A DNA stretch of 32,000 nucleotides from Alphaproteobacteria bacterium (lineage in GTDB: Bacteria; Pseudomonadota; Alphaproteobacteria; Rs-D84). The translations under genes were made by a program, and so were the position numbers. Shown here in pieces: positions 17,736-26,535 of this stretch. The stretch is taken from positions 60,001-92,000 of the forward strand of contig JAFVFD010000004.1 of assembly GCA_017475605.1 (NCBI GenBank). The letters run 5' to 3'. The notes below the pieces were generated by a model, which was not told where the DNA came from, searched no databases, and saw only the letters and a program-made list of their open reading frames with translations. Every line of letters begins with the position of its first letter. Positions within the stretch are counted from its first letter, which is position 1.

Positions 17736-18077
17736 ATGATTATTATTGCTTTTTCACCTAATACGTCCAAGGTTTTACCACGCCTTTTATGCCGCAGGTT
17801 TCGCCACACCGCGCCCATATTTCAGACCGGCAAAAAATTGATTATGTATCAATTTGTGCGATATGGACATATTGAAAAAATATATTTAACCACCCGCGAC
17901 ATAAGTATTTTACGCGCACATGGTTGGCAATTTGTCTATGTTCCAATTGATGCGCCAAGTGATTTTCACACCCACCATGCACATTCTTGTGTTGGGCTAT
18001 CAAAATGCGCACTGGGGCTTCGTGCGCGATTTATTCAAACACCACTTGGGCTATATCGCTATCTTAACAGAAAATAA
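17736..18077 (+). CDS. Hypothetical basic protein, 113 aa (start 17736 or 17724)
   Basis: GGGGGAA lies 5 nt upstream of the ATG at 17736. The protein is His/Arg-rich, with an early His (FRHTAPIF) and a late Cys (HAHSCVGLSKCALGL). It ends at a bidirectional terminator. Confidence 0.55.
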   Translation: MIIIAFSPNTSKVLPRLLCRRFRHTAPIFQTGKKLIMYQFVRYGHIEKIYLTTRDISILRAHGWQFVYVPIDAPSDFHTHHAHSCVGLSKCALGLRARFIQTPLGLYRYLNRK

Positions 18078-18099
18078 AAATGCCCGATTGGGCATTTTT
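18076..18099. terminator. Bidirectional terminator between the unknown cassette and yidC (convergent)
   Basis: AAAAATGCCC-GATT-GGGCATTTTT: a 6 bp GC-rich stem flanked by an A-run and a T-run. It lies between stop codons at 18075-18077 (+) and 18101-18103 (-). Confidence 0.6.
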
Positions 18100-18100
18100 A

Positions 18101-19660
18101 TTATTTCATTTTGCGTTTTATTATATACATCTGCGCAATTCCAAAAAGGTTTGATACCGTCCAATACAGCACCAGCCCCGCCGGCATCCACGCGAACATA
18201 ACTGTAAATATAATTGGCATCCAGCGCATCGCCCGTTGCGTTTGCGCGGCGACATCGTTTTTGTCCGCCGATTTATTCGCGCCCGATTGCAGATACTGTT
18301 GTAACCACATACTTGCCCCCATCAATATCGGCAAAATGAAATATGGGTCCATCACCGCCAAATCAGATATCCACAAGAAATGCGCATTACGCATCTGAAC
18401 AGAAATCAATAATGCCTTGTACAACGCAAAGAAAATTGGAATCTGAATCAGCATCGGCAGGCATCCCGACATTGGCGATGTTTTATGCGTCTGGTACAAC
18501 TTCATCAGTTCGATTTGCATACGTTGTTTATCATTGGCATAAAGTTTTTGTATGCGTTGCATTTCCGGCTGCATTTTTTGCATCGTCGCCATTGATGTAT
18601 ATGATTTGCGTGTAAGTGGCCACATAAGCAACCGCAACAAAATTGTCATTATGATAATCGCAATACCATAATTCATAACAATCGAATTAATCGCATTGAT
18701 TAACCACAACATCGGCATTGCCAAAAACCAAAACCAACCATAGTCAATAGTTTTATCTATGCCATTGATTATCGGTGCAACATTTTTTAACACAGAACTA
18801 TCGCGCGGCCCGGCATACAACATTGTTTTTATATTTGCCGTTGCGCCGGCGGCAACATTTACCGCGCGTGCATTGGTATCCGCCTGGTATAAATCGCCAT
18901 ATTTTTGTGCGCGAATTGTTTGGTCGGGCGCATCAATATCAACGATTGTTTCCCAATATTGATCTGCAAATCCGGCAAAGCCATTCGTTGTTGTGTATGC
19001 GCGTGGCTTTTTCGCAATCGCGCGCCAATCATCATGCTCTATATCATTATTCGCATAAACCACCAAACCCGTATACACCCCCGCAGATGACACAGTATCA
19101 TTTTCGCGTTGCATACGTGCGTATGGCGCGAATGAAAAATCTTTGCCCGAATCGTTTTTGATTTCATCATTAACCGTTATTACATAGTCATTTATCGTAA
19201 TCGTACGATTAAATGTAATGCCATCGGAATTACGCCAAGTATATGTATCGCCATTTTCAGACCAAACAGTATCCGCCGCCGGCGCAGTTGTTCCGATACC
19301 CGCAACACCAATTTCCGCATACGCATTATCACCGGATAATAATTTTACCGTATCGGCACTTTTTGAATTTGCCTTGAAATCTAACAAATTAATATCAAAA
19401 ATACGCAATCCCTGGACTTCTGCGGTAATTTTATCAGATGCAACCCCATACACCGGAACATTTGACACATCAACGACGGCCATCTGTGATTCGACGACCG
19501 GTTCTGTTGTTGTGTGTTTACCAAACATTACCCCAATTGCCCACCATGCCGCCATAAATATAATAAACCACCACAGAAAACCACCGCGCTTTTTTGTCGC
19601 GTTTCTGTTTGCGTTCCATGCGGCAAAACCTGAATTATTATTGTTTAAATATTGAACCAT
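18101..19660 (-). CDS. yidC: Membrane protein insertase YidC
   Basis: 519 aa with an N-terminal TM helix, a large periplasmic domain, and the conserved core GIAIIIMTILLRLLMWPLTRKSYTSMATMQKMQPEMQRIQKLY...GCLPMLIQIPIFFALY. Confidence 0.95.
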   Translation of the reverse strand: MVQYLNNNNSGFAAWNANRNATKKRGGFLWWFIIFMAAWWAIGVMFGKHTTTEPVVESQMAVVDVSNVPVYGVASDKITAEVQGLRIFDINLLDFKANSKSADTVKLLSGDNAYAEIGVAGIGTTAPAADTVWSENGDTYTWRNSDGITFNRTITINDYVITVNDEIKNDSGKDFSFAPYARMQRENDTVSSAGVYTGLVVYANNDIEHDDWRAIAKKPRAYTTTNGFAGFADQYWETIVDIDAPDQTIRAQKYGDLYQADTNARAVNVAAGATANIKTMLYAGPRDSSVLKNVAPIINGIDKTIDYGWFWFLAMPMLWLINAINSIVMNYGIAIIIMTILLRLLMWPLTRKSYTSMATMQKMQPEMQRIQKLYANDKQRMQIELMKLYQTHKTSPMSGCLPMLIQIPIFFALYKALLISVQMRNAHFLWISDLAVMDPYFILPILMGASMWLQQYLQSGANKSADKNDVAAQTQRAMRWMPIIFTVMFAWMPAGLVLYWTVSNLFGIAQMYIIKRKMK

Positions 19661-19669
19661 TTTTTTACC

Positions 19670-20200
19670 CTATTGTTTATTTGCACGCACACAACGACGA
19701 CGCGCGATGAACCAATTTAAAATATACAGCGCAACACCAATACATATAAACGCATCCGCCACATTAAATGCCGGCCAATGCGCCCCACCTATATGAAAGT
19801 CCAGAAAATCAACCACCGCGCCAAAACGCACGCGGTCAACAAGGTTTCCCAACGCACCACCCGCGATAAATGCCAACGGCACGCGTTCAAAAGATGCCGC
19901 GCGTCTGAACAGATAGTATAATATAAACCCAATCACAAATGCGGTAAGAATAATTATCACCAATGGCGCGGTTTCCCCCAACACACGAAACATAGAAAAA
20001 GATGTTCCGGGATTCCATGTGAACACCACATTAAAGAAATCTGTTACATGCGCCATCAAATACGGCACTGGTATTAATTGCCACGCAGGTGCAAATGCCG
20101 GCACATGCCCGGTTATAAGGTATATCAACACCCCCTTGGAAAATTGGTCCAGCAAAATAATTGCCAGAATAATTAATAAATATTTAAATATCTTTTTCAT
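19670..20200 (-). CDS. lspA: Lipoprotein signal peptidase (signal peptidase II)
   Basis: 176 aa with four TM segments and conserved [22 protein letters not shown] and [14 protein letters not shown] blocks containing the catalytic Asp residues. Confidence 0.93.
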   Translation of the reverse strand: MKKIFKYLLIILAIILLDQFSKGVLIYLITGHVPAFAPAWQLIPVPYLMAHVTDFFNVVFTWNPGTSFSMFRVLGETAPLVIIILTAFVIGFILYYLFRRAASFERVPLAFIAGGALGNLVDRVRFGAVVDFLDFHIGGAHWPAFNVADAFICIGVALYILNWFIARRRCVRANKQ

Positions 20201-20252
20201 TTATGCCCCTTCGCCTTACCAAAATAATATAGCAATATGGGGCCACAAAATC

Positions 20253-20281
20253 AAATAAAATGTCCCACTTCTGTGGGACAT
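20253..20281 (-). terminator. Rho-independent terminator after the CPA2 antiporter gene
   Basis: On the minus strand, ATGTCCCAC-AGAA-GTGGGACAT (9 bp stem, plus 20260-20281) is followed by TTTTATTT, 6 nt after the stop. Confidence 0.6.
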
Positions 20282-20287
20282 TTATTA

Positions 20288-21991
20288 CTACGCCAAACGC
20301 ACAGAATTATCCAGTCCATCGTAATCATCTTCGCGCAATTTTTGTAACGCATCATGTAATTTTGTATTAGATATATTCATGTGATGTAACGCACGCGCCC
20401 CCAACAACAATGCTGTTTCAATTGTTTCGGGCAACGCACTGTATGCGCCATATTTACACAGTACCTTGCAATCAGCCAAATTACGCGCGCGCGCATAAAC
20501 CTTGACACGCGGTGCAATTGATTTAACGGTTTGTAATGCATCCTTGGCTGTTTCGGCATTATCAAGTGCGACAATCACCGCACGTGTTTTGCGCGGATGC
20601 AGGCCAAAATTACGCAACACATCGGCATTTTTACAATTACCGAATACAACATTGTAATTATTTTCACGACCGCGCACGACCGCGTTTACGTCCATATCAA
20701 TCGCAACATAGGGAACATTATTTTCCGCCATCAATTTCGCGACAATTTGTCCCACACGACCAAATCCCAAAATAACAACAGCGGGGCTGATTTCCAAACC
20801 TGTTCTGTCCAAACTGCGCGGCCGATATGCCGCAAAAATCCACCCACGACGACGCAGAAAATCATATAATGCCAATAATATTGGTGTTGTCATAATAGAC
20901 AAGATTATTATCGCGGTTAAAACTTCTGAACCGGTTACAGGAATTGCATTTATCCCGGCCGTTTTCATCGTTTGTAACATAAGCAAACCAAATTCGCCCC
21001 CCTGGGACAACATCAATGCCAAAAACGTCGCATCTGGTACACTTACACCACGCACACGCGACACCATAAACAATGCGGCAAACTTTACAAATACCAACCC
21101 CGCCAAGCCAACCAATATATAATTCCATTTATCCAACAACAACGGCACATTAAGTCCCATCCCCAGCGCAATAAAGAAGAACGCCAAGAATAACATTGAA
21201 TAAGGGCTTATTTCCGCGCTTATTTGATGACGATAAATTGTTTCAGACATTAACATACCGGCCAGGAACGCACCCAATCCCACCGGCAACCCCATCATAT
21301 CCAACACCGTTGCCCAAACAACGATATTTAACATAACTGTTAATAATAATGCCTCGCGACTTTTTAATTTAACAACGCGTTTTAATAATGGGTTCAAAAT
21401 AAAACGACCGACAACAACAACCGATATAATTAACAAAAATGATAAAACTAAAATATCAATCGCCGCCGCCCCAAAATTAAACGATTTTCCCGCGAAAACC
21501 GGCAACATAGCCAAAATAGGAATCGACAATAAATCTTGAAACAACAAAATAGAAAAAGATTGATGCCCGACATTTGTGTTTAATTCGTTTCTGTCGGCCA
21601 GCAATTGTAAATCTTCGGATGTACTGGACATGGCCAAAATCAATGCGACCATTATACACCCCATAACCGACCACATTGTTACACCGAACAAAATTGGGAA
21701 CAACATTATCGCAACGGTTAAAACCTGGGACGCCCCAAGCCCAAATATTGTTTTACGCATGGACCACAGGCGACTCATATTAATTTCCAACCCGATATTG
21801 AACCATAAAAACAAAATACCCATATCGCCCAGCAATTGCCACGTCTGGTTCATTTCAAAAAGGTTTAATCCATACGGACCCGATATAACCCCCGCAGCCA
21901 AAAATGCCACCAGCGCGCCTATTTGCGCCGTACGCAATATACACACCAATAAAAACAGTATTCCAAAGAATATTAAAAATGATAATGGCAT
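20288..21991 (-). CDS. Monovalent cation:proton antiporter-2 (CPA2) family K+ efflux protein with C-terminal RCK/TrkA-N domain (KefB/KefC-like)
   Basis: 567 aa with about 12 predicted TM helices, followed by a Rossmann-type VVILGFGRVGQIVAKLM nucleotide-binding motif. Confidence 0.85.
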   Translation of the reverse strand: MPLSFLIFFGILFLLVCILRTAQIGALVAFLAAGVISGPYGLNLFEMNQTWQLLGDMGILFLWFNIGLEINMSRLWSMRKTIFGLGASQVLTVAIMLFPILFGVTMWSVMGCIMVALILAMSSTSEDLQLLADRNELNTNVGHQSFSILLFQDLLSIPILAMLPVFAGKSFNFGAAAIDILVLSFLLIISVVVVGRFILNPLLKRVVKLKSREALLLTVMLNIVVWATVLDMMGLPVGLGAFLAGMLMSETIYRHQISAEISPYSMLFLAFFFIALGMGLNVPLLLDKWNYILVGLAGLVFVKFAALFMVSRVRGVSVPDATFLALMLSQGGEFGLLMLQTMKTAGINAIPVTGSEVLTAIIILSIMTTPILLALYDFLRRRGWIFAAYRPRSLDRTGLEISPAVVILGFGRVGQIVAKLMAENNVPYVAIDMDVNAVVRGRENNYNVVFGNCKNADVLRNFGLHPRKTRAVIVALDNAETAKDALQTVKSIAPRVKVYARARNLADCKVLCKYGAYSALPETIETALLLGARALHHMNISNTKLHDALQKLREDDYDGLDNSVRLA

Positions 21992-22028
21992 TGTGCTCTC
22001 TCCCCTTTTTCCAATATCGTTATTGTAA

Positions 22029-22853
22029 TTATATCACAACATTCGCTATTTTCACAAATGTTTGCGGGCTTAAATTTTCTGCGCGTTCGGTTCCGGTTAA
22101 CCCAAATTGCGACCAATCGATACCAGGCATTATTCCGCGTATCATTTTGCGGCGCATACCAAATAATGTAGCGGTTAATTTTTCCACCCGCCCCAAATCG
22201 CCGATGGCCGCAATTTTTTTAGCATTTGGTATAATTTGAACAACGGCACTTTCAACCTTTGGTCGCGGAACAAACGCGGTACTGGGCACACCGAACAATA
22301 TTTTTGCGTCCGCCACCAGCGATGTAAGAATTGCCAGGCGACCATATTGCGCATCACCGACATGTGCGACGATGCGCTGCGCAACCTCGCGCTGAAACAT
22401 CAATGTAAGTGATTTTATTGGCGCACCCGCTGCCATTTTCTGTAACCAACCAATTAACAATTCCGTTCCCACATTATATGGCAGATTCGCACACACCGCA
22501 TATTCACGCACCCCCAGGGTTGAAAAATCAACCTTTAACGCATCGTCATAAATGATTTCCAATCGGCCACCTGATGCATCAACAACCCGACTTAAGATAG
22601 GTTCGGTTGTTTTATCCTTTTCAATAGCGATAACACGCCGCGCCCCCGCCAACAATAATGCGCGCGTAAGTCCCGCGGGCCCGGGACCAACCTCTATCAC
22701 CGGTATTTTATCAATATCTGGCACACTGCGTGCGATGCGACCGGTCAGGTTTAAATCAAAAAGGAAGTTCTGCCCGAATTGCTTTTTAGGTGCCAGCCCG
22801 CAATCACGCATCATTTCCGCCACCGGTGGCAAAGATTCTATTTTGTTCGTCAT
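22029..22853 (-). CDS. rsmA: 16S rRNA (adenine1518/1519-N6)-dimethyltransferase RsmA/KsgA
   Basis: 274 aa with the FGQNFL motif, SAM-binding VIEVGPGPAGLT, and the NLPYNVGT catalytic motif. Confidence 0.93.
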   Translation of the reverse strand: MTNKIESLPPVAEMMRDCGLAPKKQFGQNFLFDLNLTGRIARSVPDIDKIPVIEVGPGPAGLTRALLLAGARRVIAIEKDKTTEPILSRVVDASGGRLEIIYDDALKVDFSTLGVREYAVCANLPYNVGTELLIGWLQKMAAGAPIKSLTLMFQREVAQRIVAHVGDAQYGRLAILTSLVADAKILFGVPSTAFVPRPKVESAVVQIIPNAKKIAAIGDLGRVEKLTATLFGMRRKMIRGIMPGIDWSQFGLTGTERAENLSPQTFVKIANVVI

Positions 22854-23446
22854 AATTCGCGCCGTCCCCCAAATGCCAATGACAATGTGCCGTCATCAAT
22901 ATAGTCCAAATCGCCCCCCAATGGCACACCAGATGCCAATTCTGAAAAGCGCACACCGCCCGCACCTACAACCGACATAATATAATGCTGGGTGGTTTTT
23001 CCTTCAACTGTATTAGGTAACGCAAAAATTATTTCCGATATATTTTCGTCCCGTACCCGCGCGGCCAATGTTTCGATATTTAAATCTTCGGGCATAACGC
23101 CACTTGCCCCCGAAAGCAACCCACCAATAATGTGATAGCGACCATGAAAAACAGACGATTTTTCCAATGTCCAAACATCGCCCATATCGCGCACAACACA
23201 AATCTGGCCGTTGGCACGCGATGCATCGCGACAAAATTCGCACACACCCGCCGTCTTATCGGTAAGTGTTCCACATATTTTACATGGCACTATATTTTCC
23301 GCCGTATCCAACAATGTCGCGGCCAGGTTTTCAATCCGCCCATCACGCGTTTGCAACAACGATAATACAATACGCACCGCCGCACGATTTCCCACGCGCG
23401 GCAATTTAGCAAATTGTTTTATCAAACGTTCTATTTTCGGATTCAT
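22850..23446 (-). CDS. recR: Recombination protein RecR
   Basis: 198 aa with an HhH (LPRVGNRAAVRI), a C4 zinc finger (CKICGTL...CEFC), and a Toprim region (ICVVRDMGDVWTLE). Its stop overlaps the rsmA start (ATGA). Confidence 0.95.
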   Translation of the reverse strand: MNPKIERLIKQFAKLPRVGNRAAVRIVLSLLQTRDGRIENLAATLLDTAENIVPCKICGTLTDKTAGVCEFCRDASRANGQICVVRDMGDVWTLEKSSVFHGRYHIIGGLLSGASGVMPEDLNIETLAARVRDENISEIIFALPNTVEGKTTQHYIMSVVGAGGVRFSELASGVPLGGDLDYIDDGTLSLAFGGRREL

Positions 23447-24555
23447 CTTACTAAACCACCATTGGACATTAACGATTGACGTTGAAAATCATTCATCGCG
23501 ACCACAAACGCATCCTGTCCGTCTTTACATTTTATATCTGGTTTATAACCCCTTAACTCAAAATTATCAAATTCTAATTCACGATAATTCATTCCGATAC
23601 CAAATGTAATATTGCTTGCCGGCAAAAATCCTGTTCCCATATTACCAAAGACTTCCATTCCTGCCGAATTATCTCCAACCACACGAACACGCGGGTGATG
23701 CAGCATGCGCAACAAAAACATTTCAGATGACGAACCTGTTTTTCCATCGGTCAATATATATATCGGTTTGTCATAACCATCTTTCGCATTAAATTGTGTT
23801 AAAGAATCTTCTGGACACAACAACGGATCACCATGGCCACTAACACTGTCCCACCATGCGCCATCGGGCCTTGCCATTTTCAAAAATCTTTGCGCATCAG
23901 GGTTATTTCTTACGAATGTTTTTTTTGCACTGCGCACTTCCGCACCGAACAAATATTCGGCTAATTTATCAGAATAACGACTGCTGCCCCCGCCATTACC
24001 ACGTAAATCAACAATCAAAGCAGACGATTTATCTATTGAATCTTTGAAGGCCAGCAATTGATCCGCCACCCATTTATCACGATACATTCGGAAAAACGCG
24101 ATAACTGCAACATTTCCCGGGTACATTTGCGTAACCATTGTGTTTGGTTGCGCTAAATTTTTTCCAACATTATTTAATTTGCGTCCAGATGCGCATCTAG
24201 CCATCCTTCTGTCAAAGTTTAACCATATATGATTATCTGGAATAATCGCGATGACATCTTTAAGTTCATTATACAAATCTTTTGCAGTCATTTCGTGCGC
24301 GTTTTTATAGAATGAAAGCAATTTTTTCAATACTTTTCTTTTTACAATTGCATTATGAAAAGGCCAACCACAATATACATTTATCAAAACACGTGCATAT
24401 GTCGCAATATCGCGTTGTACATCTTGTTTTGATAATATTTTATTTGCATCGTGTGCAACGGGCTTTCCACCAACAACATCCGACGAATCAGATTTCGCCA
24501 ACAAATCTTGTTCCATTTCAGATATTGTTTTTATTTTAAACACTTGTGCCCCCAT
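23443..24555 (-). CDS. S41-family peptidase-like protein without recognisable signal peptide or PDZ domain
   Basis: LIVDLRGNGGGS and TDGKTGSSSEMF blocks match the S41 nucleophile region. The start is uncertain: the ATG at 24555 overlaps the upstream stop as TGATG, with alternatives at 24573 and 24516. Its stop overlaps the recR start. Confidence 0.7.
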   Translation of the reverse strand: MGAQVFKIKTISEMEQDLLAKSDSSDVVGGKPVAHDANKILSKQDVQRDIATYARVLINVYCGWPFHNAIVKRKVLKKLLSFYKNAHEMTAKDLYNELKDVIAIIPDNHIWLNFDRRMARCASGRKLNNVGKNLAQPNTMVTQMYPGNVAVIAFFRMYRDKWVADQLLAFKDSIDKSSALIVDLRGNGGGSSRYSDKLAEYLFGAEVRSAKKTFVRNNPDAQRFLKMARPDGAWWDSVSGHGDPLLCPEDSLTQFNAKDGYDKPIYILTDGKTGSSSEMFLLRMLHHPRVRVVGDNSAGMEVFGNMGTGFLPASNITFGIGMNYRELEFDNFELRGYKPDIKCKDGQDAFVVAMNDFQRQSLMSNGGLVR

Positions 24556-25748
24556 CAATGAAAAACATAGCAATCAATGCCAGATGCCGACGCCTTGGTT
24601 TTAAGGGACTGTGCTGCGCTTTCCGTCAAACCATATGCGCGCACGCGGAACAGACCGTTTGGTGCCGTCTCGATTATCGGTGTAACACCGGTTGCCCCCC
24701 GCACCGTTCCAATCATACGATTTGCCGCATCACGCGATGAAAATGCACCGAATTGAACACCCGGGCCACTGTGCGCGACCGCGGTATTTGTAGCACCCGT
24801 TGCCGCACGATATGCCCCGGACAAAGTATTCAACGATTGCGCCTCGTCATAATCTTGTTTGAAAATAGAATCACCATTTTCAACCGATGCCGATTTTTGT
24901 TCAACTGGTTCTGCGACCACAGATTCACGTACAACCATTGCCGGCGCGGAATCAGCCCCCAGCATTTTAAATCCCCTGTTTAACAAATTAGTTGCGACCG
25001 CGGCACGCACATCCTTGTTTTCCGCGCCCAGTACAACCGCCATCAAATGTTTGTCGCCACGACGCGCCGTCGCAACAAGTGAATATTTTGATTTGTTTGT
25101 GTATCCCGTCTTCATACCATCACAACCCGGATAAGACCCCAGCAACCGATTTCCGTTTGTGTATGTTTTACCACCGTATGTCCATGTCTTTATTCCAAAA
25201 TATTTCCAGTATTGCGGAAAGTGTTTATATACCGCCATAGACATCAGCGCAATATCACGTGCGGTGGATAAATGGTCATCGTTCGGCAGACCAGATGAGT
25301 TTTCAAAATTAGTCCGCGACAGTCCAATTTCGCGTGCAACACGTGTCATAAGTGATGCAAAGTTATCCTCTTTGCCACCCTTTAAATTTTCCGCCAACAC
25401 GCGCGCAACATCGTTTGCACTGTGTACCGCGACGGCCTTGATAGCATCTTCGACACTTATTTTAGATCCCGCGGGCAACCCCAACTTTACCGGTTCCGCA
25501 TTTGCGGCGGCATTGGATACGATTAAATAATCGTCCAGATGTAACCGCCCATGTTCCAACGCATCAAAGGTCAAATACAGCGTCATAATTTTTGTTAAAC
25601 TGGCCGGATAATTCAAATCTGTTGCGTGTTCAGAATACAAAACGCGCCCTGAATCAATATCGGCAACCATTGCCGCGCGGTAATTTGCCGCGTGAACAAC
25701 TGATGCAAGAAACAGCATCGGAATAAAAATAAGAAATCTTCCCTTCAT
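24555..25748 (-). CDS. D-alanyl-D-alanine carboxypeptidase (PBP5/6-type, peptidase S11) with C-terminal SPOR domain
   Basis: Signal peptide MKGRFLIFIPMLFLASVVHA. The S11 motif triad is SLTK, SAN (in HSANDVA) and KTG (in MKTGYT). The C-terminal SPOR-like segment is GVQFGAFSSRDAANRM...LFRVRAYGLTESAAQSLKTKASASGIDCYVF. The 60-codon upstream extension in the ORF track overlaps the endonuclease gene and terminator, and was rejected. Confidence 0.85.
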   Translation of the reverse strand: MKGRFLIFIPMLFLASVVHAANYRAAMVADIDSGRVLYSEHATDLNYPASLTKIMTLYLTFDALEHGRLHLDDYLIVSNAAANAEPVKLGLPAGSKISVEDAIKAVAVHSANDVARVLAENLKGGKEDNFASLMTRVAREIGLSRTNFENSSGLPNDDHLSTARDIALMSMAVYKHFPQYWKYFGIKTWTYGGKTYTNGNRLLGSYPGCDGMKTGYTNKSKYSLVATARRGDKHLMAVVLGAENKDVRAAVATNLLNRGFKMLGADSAPAMVVRESVVAEPVEQKSASVENGDSIFKQDYDEAQSLNTLSGAYRAATGATNTAVAHSGPGVQFGAFSSRDAANRMIGTVRGATGVTPIIETAPNGLFRVRAYGLTESAAQSLKTKASASGIDCYVFH

Positions 25749-25800
25749 AGCAATAAAAGTGTAGTAAAAAATCGCGCCCCGGGTCAATAGAGAAAAACAG

Positions 25801-25828
25801 AAAAAAAACACCGGCTTTTGCCGGTGTT
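25801..25828 (-). terminator. Rho-independent (structurally bidirectional) terminator after the endonuclease gene
   Basis: AACACCGGC-TTTT-GCCGGTGTT (9 bp stem, 25807-25828), flanked by A8 on one side and T6 on the other. It starts 2 nt after the REase stop. Confidence 0.7.
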
Positions 25829-25830
25829 TT

Positions 25831-26535
25831 TTACTGATTAATATCGAACATGCTTTGACCATACTTGGAAAAATAATAATAAATACTTTTTTCACCAATA
25901 TCGTACAGGGTTTTAGCCATTTCATCAACAGACCAATGATCGCATCTAAAGAAAAAACTACCCCTGTTAAAAACGCCCTGATTGTGCAAATAAATTTCGT
26001 TTAACTTCCCAAACATCCCTACAGTTATCACTCTATCCAAAATGGAACTATCGTCTGCAAAATCACAGCCATACCCAAAACAAACAAATGGAAATATTGA
26101 TTCGGACAACATGTGGCAACGCAGTCCTATAACATTTTTCCCCAATCTTTCTATAGCATTACCCTTGGCTTGTTTTTTTAAACCCTCTTTAGCTCTTTTA
26201 TCGTTTGTTCCCTGGTTTTTTACTTCAGAAATAATAATTGGGTACCTATTACCATCTTTACCAATAATACTAAGAAATCCACCATCTGGTGTTATAAAAG
26301 ATGTTTCAAATTTATAACAAAAATCTACATCTGGGAAATTATGTCGCAGTTTCTCAACTATATCCTTCAACTTTAATTTCTTTTGAAAATCTAGCTGCAA
26401 AAATGGAAATTTTTTATTAATTTTATCTTCCGCTATTTTAAGAGCTTTAATTATTTCTTTTTCTTGCCACTTAGACGTCCCATTAATAACTGTGTGCGCA
26501 CGTGTTTGTCTTAATAAAGTACTATTGCTCATCAT
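25831..26535 (-). CDS. Type II restriction endonuclease, EcoRI family
   Basis: Strong block identity to EcoRI as I recall it. ITPDGGFLSI...IIISEVKNQG aligns with IKPDGGIVEV...LVAEAKHQG (the PD...E-x-K catalytic motif). GNAIERLGKNV...MLSESIFPFV aligns with GNAIERSHKNI...MLSESHFPYV. ILDRV aligns with ILNRL. Confidence 0.85.
   Translation of the reverse strand: MMSNSTLLRQTRAHTVINGTSKWQEKEIIKALKIAEDKINKKFPFLQLDFQKKLKLKDIVEKLRHNFPDVDFCYKFETSFITPDGGFLSIIGKDGNRYPIIISEVKNQGTNDKRAKEGLKKQAKGNAIERLGKNVIGLRCHMLSESIFPFVCFGYGCDFADDSSILDRVITVGMFGKLNEIYLHNQGVFNRGSFFFRCDHWSVDEMAKTLYDIGEKSIYYYFSKYGQSMFDINQ

Noticed and set aside
12157-18100. Possibility that the T4SS module plus cassette is a tRNA-Trp-targeted genomic island or ICE
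   Set aside because: The block abuts the 5' side of the tRNA, not the 3' end. There is no integrase, relaxase or direct repeat of the tRNA 3' end, and composition is similar to flanking core genes. It was kept only as a synteny observation.
25749-25928. 60-codon upstream extension of the carboxypeptidase ORF (track ORF 24555..25928)
   Set aside because: It would read through the REase terminator and overlap the REase 3' end. A canonical signal peptide begins at the ATG at 25748.
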